The notes below the pieces were generated by a model. The model worked only from the letters and a program-made list of their open reading frames with translations. It did not search any database and had not been told where the DNA came from. From Eledone cirrhosa (lineage: Eukaryota): DNA of 64,000 nt. A program made the translations under genes and the position numbers. The DNA is taken from assembly GCA_964016885.1 (NCBI GenBank), contig OZ024746.1:79856001-79920000 (forward strand), given 5' to 3'. Positions 28,472-42,720 of the stretch are shown piece by piece (positions within the stretch are counted from its first letter, which is position 1; every line of letters starts with the position of its first letter).

Positions 28472-29631
28472 ATGTACTTGTTTATGCCTAAATGTGTGTT
28501 CTTATTCTTGTGTGTGTAGGGGGGTATGTGTGTTCGTAGGTAGGTATGTTTTGTATGTGTGTGTGTTTGTGCGTGTGTGTGTGTATGTGTGTATTTGTTT
28601 GTGCCTAAGTGTGTGTGCTAATTTGCGTGTCTGTGTGTGTATGTGTGTATGTGTGTGTGTGCATGTGTGTGTGTGTGTGAGTGTGTGTGAGACAGAAAAT
28701 TGGAAAGGGAAGGCGAAATTTTGATGACGAAAAGAGATGGACGGGTAAGTGTGTGCGTTTGTCTGTGTATGTTATGTTGTGTGTGTGCGACTGTGCACTT
28801 ATGTGTCTGCGTGTGTATGCGTGTCTTTGTGAGTCGATGTTCATGCAAGTCTCTGTGTGCATGTGTGTGTAGGTGTGTTTGTGTGTGTGTGTGTTTGAGT
28901 GTCTGTGAGCGCGTGTATGTAGGTGTGTGTGTGTGTGTCTTTGAGTCTCTGTGTGTGCGAGCGCGCGCGCGCGTGTGTGTGTGTATGTGTGCGTTTATGT
29001 ATGATGCACAGTCATAGAGCCTGTGGAGAAGATGAAGAGGTAAAGACAGATAGGTTAAGAAAGAGGTAGAGGTAGAAATAGTAAAGTTTCTCACTGCCAC
29101 AGAAAAATTTCTCGATCCGGTTTAACGATAAAGGAAATAATCAGATAGATAAATTTGTCAAGTGGGATAGAATTCAATTTGGAAGTGATTTGCCGACTGG
29201 TAAACACGCCGAAGACAGCCTGGCGGAATGAAAGATATGTCTAGATGGTGGAGGGATGAGGTCAATATTTGCTCTGACGACAACGCTGTTCTTATCACGT
29301 GATCGAGAGTCGCGAGCCAAATATTTGATCTGTGATTACAACGACGTGAATAAGAACGAGATTAAAGTGGGACATGATGGACAAATGACGGCTAATTCCA
29401 TGGACTTCTCCAGAAAGTTCGCCTAGCTCCTTTATAGATTCATTTTGGTTTTTATTCTAGTTTTGTGAGTGTGTATAGTTTTGTGTGTAAGGGTTTATGT
29501 GTGTATTTATGAGTAAGTGTTTATGTGTGTGTATTTTTTATTGTTTTATTTATTTTGTCATTTTTCTTTATATCTTTAATTTCAATCTCTATTATATTTA
29601 TTTCTCGTCTATTTGTTCATATATATGTATA

Positions 29632-29742
<111 letters not shown>

Positions 29743-29763
29743 ATATATATATATATATATGTG

Positions 29764-29860
<97 letters not shown>

Positions 29861-30265
29861 ATAGTTTTTTTTTCCTTTTCTTTTTTTTTATTGATGTCTG
29901 TGGTGTTTGTTTGTTTATTTCACCATCTTTGTTTGTCTTCTTAAGCGTAAAGAACTGCTCTGAGTCAATTGGTATCGGCTTTTGACAAATGAGACAGACG
30001 TTGTTGAGTACGACTTATAGGATTATACGTGACCCCCTCCCTTTCCTCCACCCCAACATATTATTGCTTGCTCATACAACGAACTACTGTTCAACAATAT
30101 TCACATCTCCTCTCCCTACCTGAGCTCCACAACACTTTTCAACAAACCAACAATACATCATTTCGATCGCTGTTCTAACCGTGGCTGTCCTGTCGTTTTG
30201 GAGAACTTCAAGGAATTAAGTGTCATTTGTCCAGATCATGTCTCACATTAACTTCGTTCATAACC

Positions 30266-30266
<1 letters not shown>

Positions 30267-30296
<30 letters not shown>

Positions 30297-30397
30297 CTTC
30301 TTCTTCTTCTTCTTCTTCTTCTTCTTCTTCTTCTTCTTCTTCTTCTTCTTCTTCTTCTTCTTCTTCTTCTTCTTCTTCTTCTTCTTCTTCTTCTTCT
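30267..30397. repeat. (TTC)n microsatellite
   Basis: Perfect tract. Confidence 0.95.
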
Positions 30398-31689
30398 CTT
30401 TATTATAATTATACTCCCACCAAAGATATCATATAGTAACATTATATCGACCCATTACTTTGCAGATACTATATTCTATTAACTCTTAAAGGATAAAATG
30501 TAATTTGACTTAGCTAGGATTTGAACTTTAAGTGTAAAGAGCCATAACTAATTACCACCTGTTGGCCGCACAATTTATCTTCGCCCAATTCCACACAGAA
30601 GGTTCAGCATGATGGCTCAAAGGTATTGGGAAAGACATGTGCCAGAGATACCACACAGTGGAATCGAACACCTGCCTCTTAATTTCGACGTAAACATTTT
30701 AACCCTTCTGCTAATCTACGTCTTTTCAAACAGAAACATGAAGTCTTATTAGTCTAGTACCCGACCACGCGCTCTCGTTAAACTTCAACGATTCTGTTTC
30801 ACACTGTGACTAAGTATGTTTACATTACATACACGTAAGGGATTGTGCTATTGAAATATATAATTATTCCGACTTTAGATTCTGGTTAACATTTTGAAAA
30901 TGTTGGACAAGTAAGTTTTAGAAAAAATGTTGTTGATAATTTGTGGAGGTCGAGCGACAACCGAGCTTTATACGATGTACAATCCTATTAACATATCTCA
31001 AGTCAGACAGCACAACCCTACTTATGTTTTATATTATATACATCACACCATACAGTAAGTAACTCTATACATTAAACCACACTTTCATACGTTACGCCTT
31101 CTATTTATACTAACCTACTATACACATGTTAACATCGTACATTAAAAGAAGTCTATACCATACATCACTATAATTTCTATCCCATGCAACACACTAGACA
31201 CTAAACATTGCACCATACCGTGATATACTATATCATGGTATACTATACCATAAAGTATATGGCAACACTTAACTAATTTGTCTTTTATACTTTGGGGGTC
31301 GATAAAATATGATACCAGCCCAATGCGATGGATTAGTGGAATTGTTAAGGTGGCAGTTTAGATGCCTTGCGGTATTTGTTCTAGCTCTTTACAGTGAGTT
31401 CTCGGGTAGCTTTAGCGAAGTTCACTCTGTTGCTTATAATTAGACAGGTCTCTAGTTTAAGAATAACTTCGTTCCTCCATACTACCGGTCTCAAAGGCCT
31501 TTAAAAATGAAGGGTGATGGGGGCTTTCTATTTTCCTTGAATAAACGGTAAAAAGTCAATAGCAGTAAATACCCCTATCCATCATTGCATACCACAACCA
31601 ACAAATAAACAACTTTACATGATGCAACACAAACTTACAGGTGCGCCCAATTAGGAAGTCTCTGAATTAGAGTGCTTTCTCCCCCATCC

Positions 31690-32335
31690 CACCTCATAAA
31701 CACATACAAATCTTGGTATCGTCCATCCTGATAACATAACCAGTCCAACGCGTCGAGCTGTAAACAGTCAACTGTTCAATACTTTCACAACCAACTCTCC
31801 TCAGTACTTCTATATCTGCTCTCAAAAATGTCCACTTAATTCCTAAAATCTGTCTAATACAGTAATTATGAAACCTTTCTAACCATTTTATGTGCCACCT
31901 ATGGGTTGTCCATACCTCGGATCCATACAGTTGTACAGTTAGCACGCATGCTCTGAACGTACTTATTTTAGTTACTAGATGAAGGCTCCGATCTGCCTAT
32001 ACCCTTTTCTTTAGTTTTCCAAATGCTGAAGTGGCATTTTGAATTCTGTAATTGATTTCCGCATCAAGTGATCGATACTTTCTGATAATGATTCGGACAT
32101 ATGTGAACGTATCTACTACACTCTGTCGTCTAAAATTAACTGTTATATTTGGCTCAAATTAAGCCTCGTCTGGAGGAGAACTCGACAATACTTTAGTCTT
32201 TGTCAGGCTGGTGATTAGTCCAAAAACATGCCAAGCCCTAGAAAAATTACCCATTGTGACCTGCATGTTTTCTTCATTGTGTGCAACAAAATCAGGATCA
32301 TCTGCATATAACAGCGCAAGTGTAAGCGGCGCAAG
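31690..32335 (-). pseudogene. RTE-clade LINE reverse transcriptase remnant
   Basis: Minus strand LLYADDPDFVAHNEENMQ...FGLITSLTKTKVL, later LYGSEVWTTHRWHIKWLERFH..CIRQILGIKW...RWTGYVIRMDD; the frame is interrupted. Confidence 0.85.
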
Positions 32336-32643
32336 TTACATACATACACACATACATATATACATACATACACACACACATACATAAATACATAATACAT
32401 ACATGCATACATACATAAGCACACGTAGATACACATATACATACACATATACATTCATAGATACATACATACATACATACACAAATACATACATACACTC
32501 ACACACACACATACACACATACATATACATACACATATAAATTTATAGATACATACATACACAGATACATACATACATACATACATACATACATACATAC
32601 ATACATACATACATACATACATACATACATACATACATACATA

Positions 32644-34045
32644 CAATATCTTGGACAGGATGAGAATGTCAGATATGATGGACCCATAAATAAGGAGAGA
32701 ACCAGAACTGAATACCTCAGAAGAGTAAAGAAAATATGGTCATCAGAACTGTCAGCATACAACAAATACATTGCCCACAATACTTATGCTGTGCCAATTC
32801 TAACGCCAACATTTGGCCTACTGAACTGGTCATTGCAAGAACTAAGTGAGATGGATGTTAGAACTCGAAAACTTCTCAGTGTTACTGGGAACTTTAACAT
32901 CAATGGTGATGTGGATAGGCTATACTTCTCACGCAAGGAAGGTGGCCGGGGTCTAAAATCAATATTAACAACATATGAGACCCGGATAGTGACACTGAAG
33001 CAACACCTTCAACAGAGGAAAAAGGTTGGCAACCATCTTGCCCAGGTTTATGACCATGAAAAAAGAAATATCATTAGAATAGCGACTGATCTGGAGGAGA
33101 GATATGGAATAAAGCCTGATATAAATCTCTCACCCAGAGAAATCGGAAGATCCTATTCAATGTTCAAACAAGATAAAAAAATTGACCAATTTACAGAAAA
33201 ATTTGTGCATGGATACTTGAGGCGTAAAACACAGACCATAGAGGGGATAAACCACTCAAAAAGCCTGGCATGGAGTTCCGACAAGTTTATGACATCACAC
33301 CTTGAGGGATATCTCTATGCAATACAGGAACAAGAACTCCCTACCAAATATCTGCTGCACAAAAGAGGAGGGCCAGCAGCTGACAATAAATGTAGGCTAT
33401 GTAAAACAAAGATGGAGGATGTAAGCCACATTGTTGCCAGCTACGAAAGAATGTCATCTCGCTACTACCTCCCCATGAGACACGATGGGATAGCTAGAAC
33501 CATCTGGAACGCACTTCGGAAAACAAAATTAAAAACAAACGACGAAGAATATATTGAGACAGGTGGCACTAAGGAATACTGGTGGAACCTGAAAATAAAA
33601 ACTGCCACCAAATTAAAGCACAACCGGCCTGATATTGTAGTTTGGGACCATACATTGAAAATGTGTTCTGTTGTGGAGATCAGCTGCCCACTTGATGTAA
33701 ACGTTGTCAGAAAAATACAGGAGAAGGAGGACATCTACGGACCATTGATGAGGAGTTTACAAATCCAGTATCCAAGATATACCTTTAGCTTCATACCCAT
33801 CATTATTGGAGCTACGAGTTATATACCAACCCGCTTGGACCAAAGTATGACTGAACTTGGATTTGCGGACAAAGAGCGCAGCTCCCTAATTCATAGTCTA
33901 CAAATGGCTGCGATAGCTGGCACCTTCAAAATTTGCAAAACATTCTTGCGATTCAAGCGATGACAATTTCTTTTCTTTTACAACCTTGCCACTAGGAAGG
34001 CGGCCGGTCAAAAAAATATACTCGAAATTAAGAGAAAGAGATAAC
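32644..34045 (+). mobile_element. 5'-truncated RLE-type non-LTR retrotransposon (R4/Dong-like) inserted in (TACA)n
   Basis: Coding body (next feature) plus a short 3' UTR, flanked on both sides by long (TACA)n tracts. The 3' boundary is supported by a second short copy at 27485-27580. Confidence 0.9.
32647..33963 (+). CDS. C-terminal part of a non-LTR retrotransposon ORF: end of RT, thumb, CCHC knuckle and restriction-like endonuclease (no native start, 5' truncated)
   Basis: The frame of ORF 32791..33963 stays open upstream (YLGQDENVRYD...YLRRVKKIWSSELSAYNK..AHNTYAVP). Motifs: RLYFSRKEGGRGL, YAIQEQ, CRLC-x8-H-x4-Y (last Cys lost), RHD, RPDIVVWD..VVEISCP..K..Y. Confidence 0.9.
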   Translation, partial: YLGQDENVRYDGPINKERTRTEYLRRVKKIWSSELSAYNKYIAHNTYAVPILTPTFGLLNWSLQELSEMDVRTRKLLSVTGNFNINGDVDRLYFSRKEGGRGLKSILTTYETRIVTLKQHLQQRKKVGNHLAQVYDHEKRNIIRIATDLEERYGIKPDINLSPREIGRSYSMFKQDKKIDQFTEKFVHGYLRRKTQTIEGINHSKSLAWSSDKFMTSHLEGYLYAIQEQELPTKYLLHKRGGPAADNKCRLCKTKMEDVSHIVASYERMSSRYYLPMRHDGIARTIWNALRKTKLKTNDEEYIETGGTKEYWWNLKIKTATKLKHNRPDIVVWDHTLKMCSVVEISCPLDVNVVRKIQEKEDIYGPLMRSLQIQYPRYTFSFIPIIIGATSYIPTRLDQSMTELGFADKERSSLIHSLQMAAIAGTFKICKTFLRFKR

Positions 34046-34059
34046 ATAGATGAATATCT

Positions 34060-34680
34060 ACATACACACACACTCACATAGATACTCATACATATATACA
34101 TACATACATACATAATACATACATACATACATACATACATACATACATACATACATACATACATACATACATACATACATACATACATAATACATACATA
34201 CATACATAATACATACATAATACATACATAATACATACATTCATACATACATACATACATAATACATACATAATACATACATAATACATACATTCATACA
34301 TACATACATACATACATAATACATACATAGATGCATGCATACATACATACATACATACATACATACATACATACATACACACATGCATACATACATACAT
34401 ACATAATACCTACATACATACATAATACATACATACATGCATACATACATACATACATACATACATAATACCTACATACATACATACATAATACATACAT
34501 ACATACATACATACATAATACATACATACATTCATACATACATACATACATACATACATACATGCATGCATGCATGCATGCATACATACATACATACATA
34601 CATACATACATACATACATACATACATACATACATACATACATACATACATACATGCATACATAATACATACATACATAG
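34060..34680. repeat. (TACA)n with TACATAA variant units
   Basis: Read directly; lies downstream of the RLE element. Confidence 0.95.
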
Positions 34681-34959
34681 ACAGAGAGAAATCTACGCCA
34701 CCAAAAGCAATAACAATACATAATACAGAAAAGAGAAAAGACCGTGAAAAGTCGACGACGACAAGCTTGTGTTTACGTTTGGAAAAAAAGACATGTCTCC
34801 TTAATAAAACAAATACGCGTGTGTATGCTGTGTGTTATGTGCCTTATCTCTGTTATCTGTCTACATCTTCAGCTGTTTTATTTACTGTCGTCGTCTTAGT
34901 ATTCGGTATTTCTTATTTGTTATTCGTCCTCTTTCTCTCTACGTCTATACTGAAATAAG

Positions 34960-35450
34960 AAAGAGAGAAGAGAGGAGAGGAGAGAAGAGGAGAGAAAAGA
35001 GGAGAGGAGAGAAGAAGAGAGAAGAGAAGAGGAGAGGAGAAGAAAGGAGAGGAGAAGAGAGGTGAGGATGAGAGAGGAGAAGAGAGGAGAGAAGCGAAGA
35101 GAGGAGTGGAGAGGAGAGAGGAGAAGAGAGGAGAGAAGGGAAGAGAGGAGAGGAGAGGAGAAGAGAGAAGAGAGAAGAGGAGAGGAGAGTAGAAGAAAGG
35201 AGAGGAGAAGAGAGAAGAGAGGAGAGGAAGAGAGAGGAGAAGAGAGGAGAGAAGCGAAGAGAGGAGTGGAGAGGAGAGAGGAGAGAGGAGAAGAGAGGAG
35301 AGAAGCGAAGAGAGGAGAGGAGAGAAGAGAAGAGAGAAGAGAAGAGGAGAAGAAAGGAGAGGAGAAGAAAGGAGAGGAGAAGAGAGAAGAGAGGAAAGGA
35401 TGAGAGAGGAGAAGAGAGGAGAGAAGAGCGGAGAGGAGAGGCGAGGAGAG
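34960..35450. repeat. (GAGAG/GAGAA)n polypurine pentanucleotide repeat
   Basis: Read directly from the sequence. Confidence 0.95.
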
Positions 35451-35722
35451 GTTTGGTGATATCTTCTTATATAGTTTAACATCTGTGTGAGTAAGTTTGA
35501 AACGTGTCTATGCATTGTTGTTCAAAAACCATGTGAACCCTGCTTGTTTACACAACGTGAGCCTGTACGGATGGCTATTCCAACAGGATGTTCAGGAATA
35601 TTACTCCCGTTTATGTAATTCGTTTTGGCCATACTATGTGATTAACGATATTCTGTTATATTTGTGTTTGACTACTTGCGTATTAGCTTGTATTGTTTGT
35701 CGTTTTCCGTGTCTCCGTACAT

Positions 35723-35802
<80 letters not shown>

Positions 35803-35841
35803 CTGATGGTAGTCCAGAGGCATCACTGATTTTTCGTTTTC

Positions 35842-35927
<86 letters not shown>

Positions 35928-36018
35928 GCATATATATGTGTGTGCGTGTTGTATGTGTATGTGTGTGTGTGTGTATCTAATTGTAGTTCAGAGGCATCAC
36001 TGATTTTTCGTTTTCTAT

Positions 36019-36055
<37 letters not shown>

Positions 36056-36294
36056 GTGTGTGTCTGTGTTGTATGTGTATGTATGTGTGTGTGTATGTAA
36101 GTGTATGTATGCATGTATATATGTGTGTATATACATTTGTGTGTGAATGTATATGTATGTAGTATGTATGTATTCATCTATCTATTTATATATATATATG
36201 CATGCGTATATTTAGACAAAAAGTGTGTCTGTGTGTGTGTCTATTTGTATGTTTGTACATGAGTTATAAATAGCTCTTAACCTTAATGCTTACA

Positions 36295-36403
<109 letters not shown>

Positions 36404-37139
36404 GTATGTGTGTGTTTGTATGCGTAGAAACATCTAGAATTAACACTAAAAGGCTGAATATTTAAATATAAAGAACAAAATAATCCTGACATGTCACATG
36501 CCCAAATTCTTACTGAAGAATTTCAAAGAAGTCACAGTCAACTCTACCCCCTCCCCCCCCCCCTCCCCCTTCCCATCTTGATGCTTTCTCATGCAAGCTA
36601 CGCACTTCTTACATGCGGAGTAGTTTATTTTGACATCGTTTCTATTAGATATCTCGTGATACCTCTGGTTCGCTGAGAACCTTCGCTATTCCCATTATAG
36701 GTCATAACACTAAAAAAGGTTCACTGAAAATAGCAACTAGAATTCAAATGTTGCACCAGCTCGCGTCCAACTGATAGCAACTGCCTGGCGAAATCCGTAA
36801 TTTATTGCGCTGAAGTTCACTTCAGCGATAATTCTTCATTGGGTGTACGAAATCAAGAATCACATAATTTAGATATTTTTTGGCTAATCCTCAAAGATGG
36901 TGAACGCCAGCTTTCTCAAATTATAACTAGCTACATAGGGAGATGTTTTAATACAAGTTTTAATACAAGAGTAACTTAATCCATGTTTCCAACCGTATCT
37001 CCATCGAAGTTTTATTTGCAGGTTCTTCTGCCATCTTTGCTTATCTTGCAACAAAAATCCCACGGATTAGACCTTAGGTCAGAGCTCTTAAATTCTTGTC
37101 AACACGCACCAAAATACGTTTTGGTCTGCAATAAACTAC

Positions 37140-37915
37140 CATAATTCTTATTTAGGCAAAATTTCAACAAATTAAGAAGTGAAAGTCTATTAAATCTTCA
37201 CCAGAATTTTACTGGTACATTATTTTATCAACTCCGAAAGGATAAAAGGAAAGGTTGATCTCGCTGTGATTTGAACTCAGATAAAAAACGGAAACTAAAT
37301 ACTGCAAAGCATTTTGTCCAGCGGTTTTGCCAATCCACCACCCTTATAATGGTTTTTAATTTTGGTATATGGCCAATAGTTTTGGGGACAGATGAAAGTC
37401 AAATATATCGACTCCAGATAGGCAAAGTTGATCTCGGCGGGTTTGAACTCAGAACGTAAAGGGACGTTACTCTATGCCGTAAAGCATGGTGTCTGACGCT
37501 CTACCGATACTGCCAACTGATCGTTGAATGTGCATGTTAACGAAAGAAAACATCCTGAATTTTATGGAGCGAGTAACAGAATTTAAATAAAGCTCTCCGG
37601 CTTTCCGTTACTATATCTTTATATGTTATAACAACGAAATCATTAAATGTGAGATGCGCTTTAACGTAAAAAGTTTTTTACATATTTACACTTTACGAAT
37701 ACTGCTAATCCACCACCTAAAATGATAATGGTTTCTGATTTAAGCACAAGGTCAACAACTTTGGGGGAGTGGAAAGTCGATTAAATCGACCCAATGCATT
37801 ATTGGCACTTTATTTCATCGACCCCGTATGGATGAAAGTCAAAGCTATAACTTCAGCGGGATTTGAACTCGGAAAGTAAAGAGCCTGAAAATTGCTACTA
37901 TGCATTTGCTGGACG
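37140..37915 (-). mobile_element. Cluster of diverged SINE family 1 copies
   Basis: Recurrent gatttgaactcag and ggcaaagttga motifs. Confidence 0.7.
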
Positions 37916-37929
37916 TCAATTCCCCAAAC

Positions 37930-38110
37930 GTGAACTGTATTGAAATGCGAAATCGGGTTGAAAGTGGTATCACGACTGGCAGGTATAGGAGCAGTGAGCT
38001 GGAATTTTTGGACGACATGGTACTGCTTAACCTGTCAGATGTGATCTCAGGATATGAACTTGGTAGGTTTGCTGAAGAATGTTACACGGCAGGAATAACA
38101 TCTAGAAGTT
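37930..38110 (+). pseudogene. Degenerate RTE-type RT fragment
   Basis: ESGITTGRYRSSELEFLDDMVLL...LGRFAEECYTAG resembles the (L)FADD region of RTE/Expander RTs. Confidence 0.55.
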
Positions 38111-38220
38111 CGGTTGGTCTTACTTGGGAATCCAGCCAAGTCATTTGAGAACAGATGCTTCTGACAGGATCCACTTGAAGGTGTAACTAACTACTCGCTC
38201 CCCACGACGTTCACAGGATC

Positions 38221-38433
38221 AGAAGAAGAAGAAGAAGAAAAAGAAGAAGAAGAAGAAGAAGAAGAAGAAGAAGAAGAAGAAGAAGAAGAAGAAGAAGAAG
38301 AAGGAGGAGGAGGAGGAGGAGGAAGAAGAAGAAGAAGAAGAAGAAGGAGGAGGAGGAGGAGGAGGAGAGAAGAAGAAGAAGAAGAAGAAGAAGAAGAAGA
38401 AGAAGAAGAAGAAGAAGAAGAAGAAGAAGAAGA
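38221..38433. repeat. (GAA/GGA)n microsatellite
   Basis: Read directly from the sequence. Confidence 0.95.
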
Positions 38434-38507
38434 ATTATGAAAATAGACGAGAAGAGTCCAAAATGAAGAAATGGGCAACGAGGAACTGTTCTTCATTAGA
38501 AATATGT

Positions 38508-38698
38508 GAATAGTTTCTATTTTTGGCACAAGGCCAACGATTACCCAAGTGCGTTACTGGTACTTTATTTTATCTACCCCGTAAGGATGAAAGGCAAAGT
38601 TAACCCCGGCGGATTTGAACTCAGAACTGAAAGGGCCATAACTTTATGCTGCAAAGCATGGTGTCTTACGCTTTACCGATACTGCCGAATCACCACCC
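38508..38698 (-). mobile_element. SINE family 1
   Basis: Near full-length. Confidence 0.85.
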
Positions 38699-38963
38699 TC
38701 AAATATGTTAATAGAGTTACAAACACTTTCGACTCCTCGGACGTGCTGTTTAAATAATGTGATTTCAACTATGGAAGTTATTGAATTGGAATATATAACT
38801 TTTGACAACACCAACGTTGTAACTTATTTCTGAAGCTGAGTAAACTGGAGCAATGTGAAATAAAGTGCCTTGCTCAAGGATAACGCATCAGCCGGTCTGG
38901 TAATCGAACTCACAACCTCACAACCTGACCACTAAGAAGGCGCCTTCACAATACATACGTGCG

Positions 38964-39446
<483 letters not shown>

Positions 39447-39586
39447 TATATATATATATATAACAAAGAGGGTGTGGTGAGAAACCAGGTGAACTATAAC
39501 GCACCAGTGTACTCAATACTTAGGGTGGCTTAGTTTGGATCTAGCTGTCGACACGGCCGGAGCTCAGCCATCGGGGTCCTGACTCA

Positions 39587-39692
<106 letters not shown>

Positions 39693-39934
39693 ATATATAT
39701 ATATATATATATATATAATTTCACCCACCATGTAGAAATCTTATAATGAAACGATCGTTTGGGGAATGAGATTTTTAATATATTTCATATAAAATAATAC
39801 AGCCAATTATCCACACAATACAATATAGTTAGCACCCCAAACGTTTAATTGGGAATATACTCCGGTATTTCCTAATGTTTGTTGAGTGATTTGGAAATTG
39901 GTCGGAGTATCGCTAATAGCTTTCTCCGTTTATG

Positions 39935-39997
<63 letters not shown>

Positions 39998-40008
39998 TAT
40001 TATTATTA

Positions 40009-40047
<39 letters not shown>

Positions 40048-40050
<3 letters not shown>

Positions 40051-40352
40051 ATAATAATAAATGTGAAGACCAAAGAGGACTCGATAAGGATGAATATATA
40101 TCAAATATATAAGAACACAGAGCAAATATTTATTAAAATAACAGATTAAAGTTTAAGCAAATAATCGTTGCTTTCACCCTTAACGGGATCTTCTGAAACT
40201 AAAAATATCAATCTGTAAACGTCTTCCTGTTTTCCTTCGGTTCAACGTTTTTCGAAATATTTACTTCTGCGTTCACAGATCGATTTTTTTAGTTTCAGAA
40301 GATCCCGTTAAGAGTAAAAGCAGCTATTCTTTGCTTAAACTTTAATCTGTTT
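40048..40352 (-). mobile_element. Family E fold-back element
   Basis: Arms 40140-40222 / 40271-40351 plus a left tail; collapsed relative at 47608-47750 between (TA)n tracts. Confidence 0.75.
40150..40200 (-). ncRNA. Hammerhead-like motif, family E, with variant core CAGAAGA
   Basis: Minus strand AGTTT-CAGAAGA-T-CCC-GTTAA-GGG-T-GAAA-GCA-loop-TGC-TT-AAACT; all three stems form. Confidence 0.55.
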
Positions 40353-40652
40353 TACCCACACCGACATACGTTTCGAAACCCGGTCCGGCGACATGCCACT
40401 ACACTTTCGGGCCATATCTGGGACCTCCAAGATAATAATATAACTTACCATCTCACTTGGAGCTTACTGTCTGCAGCTAACTCTTACACGGGAGGACGCC
40501 ATCCGTGTAACTTATGCTCGGAGGAAACATTACAAATCCTGTTTACGAAGGATCAACTCCTAAACAAAAAAGACGAACTGGTAATTGCATGCAAACACAG
40601 ATTGCGGAAGGCTTACCTCGCCTTCAAACCCCCTAACGATCCGAGTGGGTAG
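40353..40652 (+). pseudogene. C-terminal GIY-YIG endonuclease region of a Penelope-like retroelement (5' truncated)
   Basis: Open frame without a start codon: YPHRHTFRNPVRRHATTLSGHIWDLQDNNITYHLTWSLLSAANSYTGGRHPCNLCSEETLQILFTKDQLLNKKDELVIACKHRLRK...stop at 40652. It fits the recalled PLE pattern HxxSF..LSxHIWxL..W..CxLC..E..LN..CxH. Confidence 0.8.
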
Positions 40653-41533
40653 ACAAGAGCTGAAACACCCACTTGCCGAATAAGATAGGGAAAACCCCAA
40701 CTTATATAGGTAGATGTACCTCTTTTCTTTTCCTCTATGTTTTCTTCTTCCCTTTGTCTCCTCCTATCACTTCTTTCCACGTTCGTTTCTTTGTTTTTTT
40801 CCCTTTCGCCTACCCCGAGGCAGCCCATCGGGCCTCTTTAGCCTCAGTACCCCTACCCTAGTAACTTACAGATAGCATTCGCTAATTACGCTATACTAAC
40901 CATTCATAGCAGCTGTGTTAGACCCCAGAGATGTGGTATTAATTTTTAATACCCAATTCTAAATTTTCAATAATTCTCATCTAGCAACTCATTCTATAGC
41001 ATTGGCCGAAAAAGCAGCACCAACTAAATATATCAGCTGTGTTAGACTCCTTAGTTTTTGTTTTATTTCACTTCTTACATTCTGATATATCTTTCTCTCA
41101 TTTTTTATTATATTCTTTGTTATTATATTTTTTCATTGTCCCCTAATCTCCTTTGATTTACTATTTCTATAACGTCCCTCCTCCATTTTCTAAAGAAACC
41201 TTTTTTCGCCAACCTCCTCTGGCCTACTTTCATACACATTCCTTAGAATTGGCCGTGTAGATTTCACCTTCAACGCTTGACCGGCTCTACCCACTCCCCT
41301 ATCGTTCTACAGGCAAGTTCAGCCACCCCACCCCGCACCCACTGCAATCATAGACTTTTCCGTGTCTGCTACAAATTTTGACCAATCTTCTTGACAACTA
41401 CAATCTTCCCATATAAGGAAGTATTCCTTGAAAAGTTCGGCTATTTATTTACCAGACTAAAAAACACTTTACTTTAGTCCAGAAATAGCCGTCGAAACGG
41501 CTTGAGCTCTGCCGTCGCGGACATACTTTCTCC

Positions 41534-41646
<113 letters not shown>

Positions 41647-41675
41647 GAATATATATATATGTATATATATATATG

Positions 41676-41707
<32 letters not shown>

Positions 41708-41729
41708 TATATGTATACATACATATATA

Positions 41730-41797
<68 letters not shown>

Positions 41798-41799
41798 TA

Positions 41800-41907
<108 letters not shown>

Positions 41908-41999
41908 TATACACATATATACATATGTACGTATGGGTTATATCGAACATTAATAATAATATCCGATTCGTTTATATATAAATGTATTATTTTTATCAA

Positions 42000-42147
42000 T
42001 ATTATTCAAATCCCACCGAGAATAGATTTGTATCTCATCCTTACGGGGTCGATGAAATAATGTACCAGTCACGCATTAGGGTCAATTTAATCGACTTACC
42101 CTCCCCCCAAAGTACTGGCTCTGTGCCTATACTAGAAATCATTATAT
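42000..42147 (+). mobile_element. SINE family 1, truncated long variant
   Basis: ttcaaatcccaccgag...catccttacggggtcgat...tagaaatcattat. Confidence 0.7.
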
Positions 42148-42208
42148 ACATGCATACATATATATAAGTACTATATTATATATATATATACATACATACA
42201 TACACACA

Positions 42209-42604
42209 TGGTGGCTGCCAACTCGTTTACGAGTACGGCCACTACTTTATATCCATGTAGGAGAACCCCTACCGATGCGCTGAACGAGTGTGACTTTTTA
42301 GTCCAGCCAACGACTTGAAAACTCTGGTATAAACACTACACTTGTGACAATTATTGACACATAGTGCTGGGCCCTTGGTACCATGTGACGACAAGTGCAG
42401 AGAGATCTCCAGATACAAAGCAATGCCTGTGCCGTGAAGCTTTTATAGTGAGCAAAGGCACTGCACAAAGCCAGTCCCACTCTCTTAACCAAGATGATAT
42501 TTACCAAAAAGAAGAACAGGTCAACATCATTGGATACCATCAGGATGATCCCTTAGTCTTTGTCAAGGCAGAATTCTAGGAGAAGGAAAACTCTGATATA
42601 ACAC
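42209..42604 (-). mobile_element. RTE-derived short element, copy 2, with inverted 5' segment
   Basis: 42209-42544 is the reverse complement of about 145-478, while 42550-42604 matches 84-137 in direct orientation. Confidence 0.8.
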
Positions 42605-42656
42605 ATACACCCATACATATATACGTATATATATACATAAATACTTATATACATAC

Positions 42657-42720
<64 letters not shown>

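Noticed and set aside
29020-29430. Unique-looking segment as a host exon
   Set aside because: No long open frame or recognisable protein motif was found. Small exons or regulatory elements here, or near 16800 and 20150, cannot be excluded.
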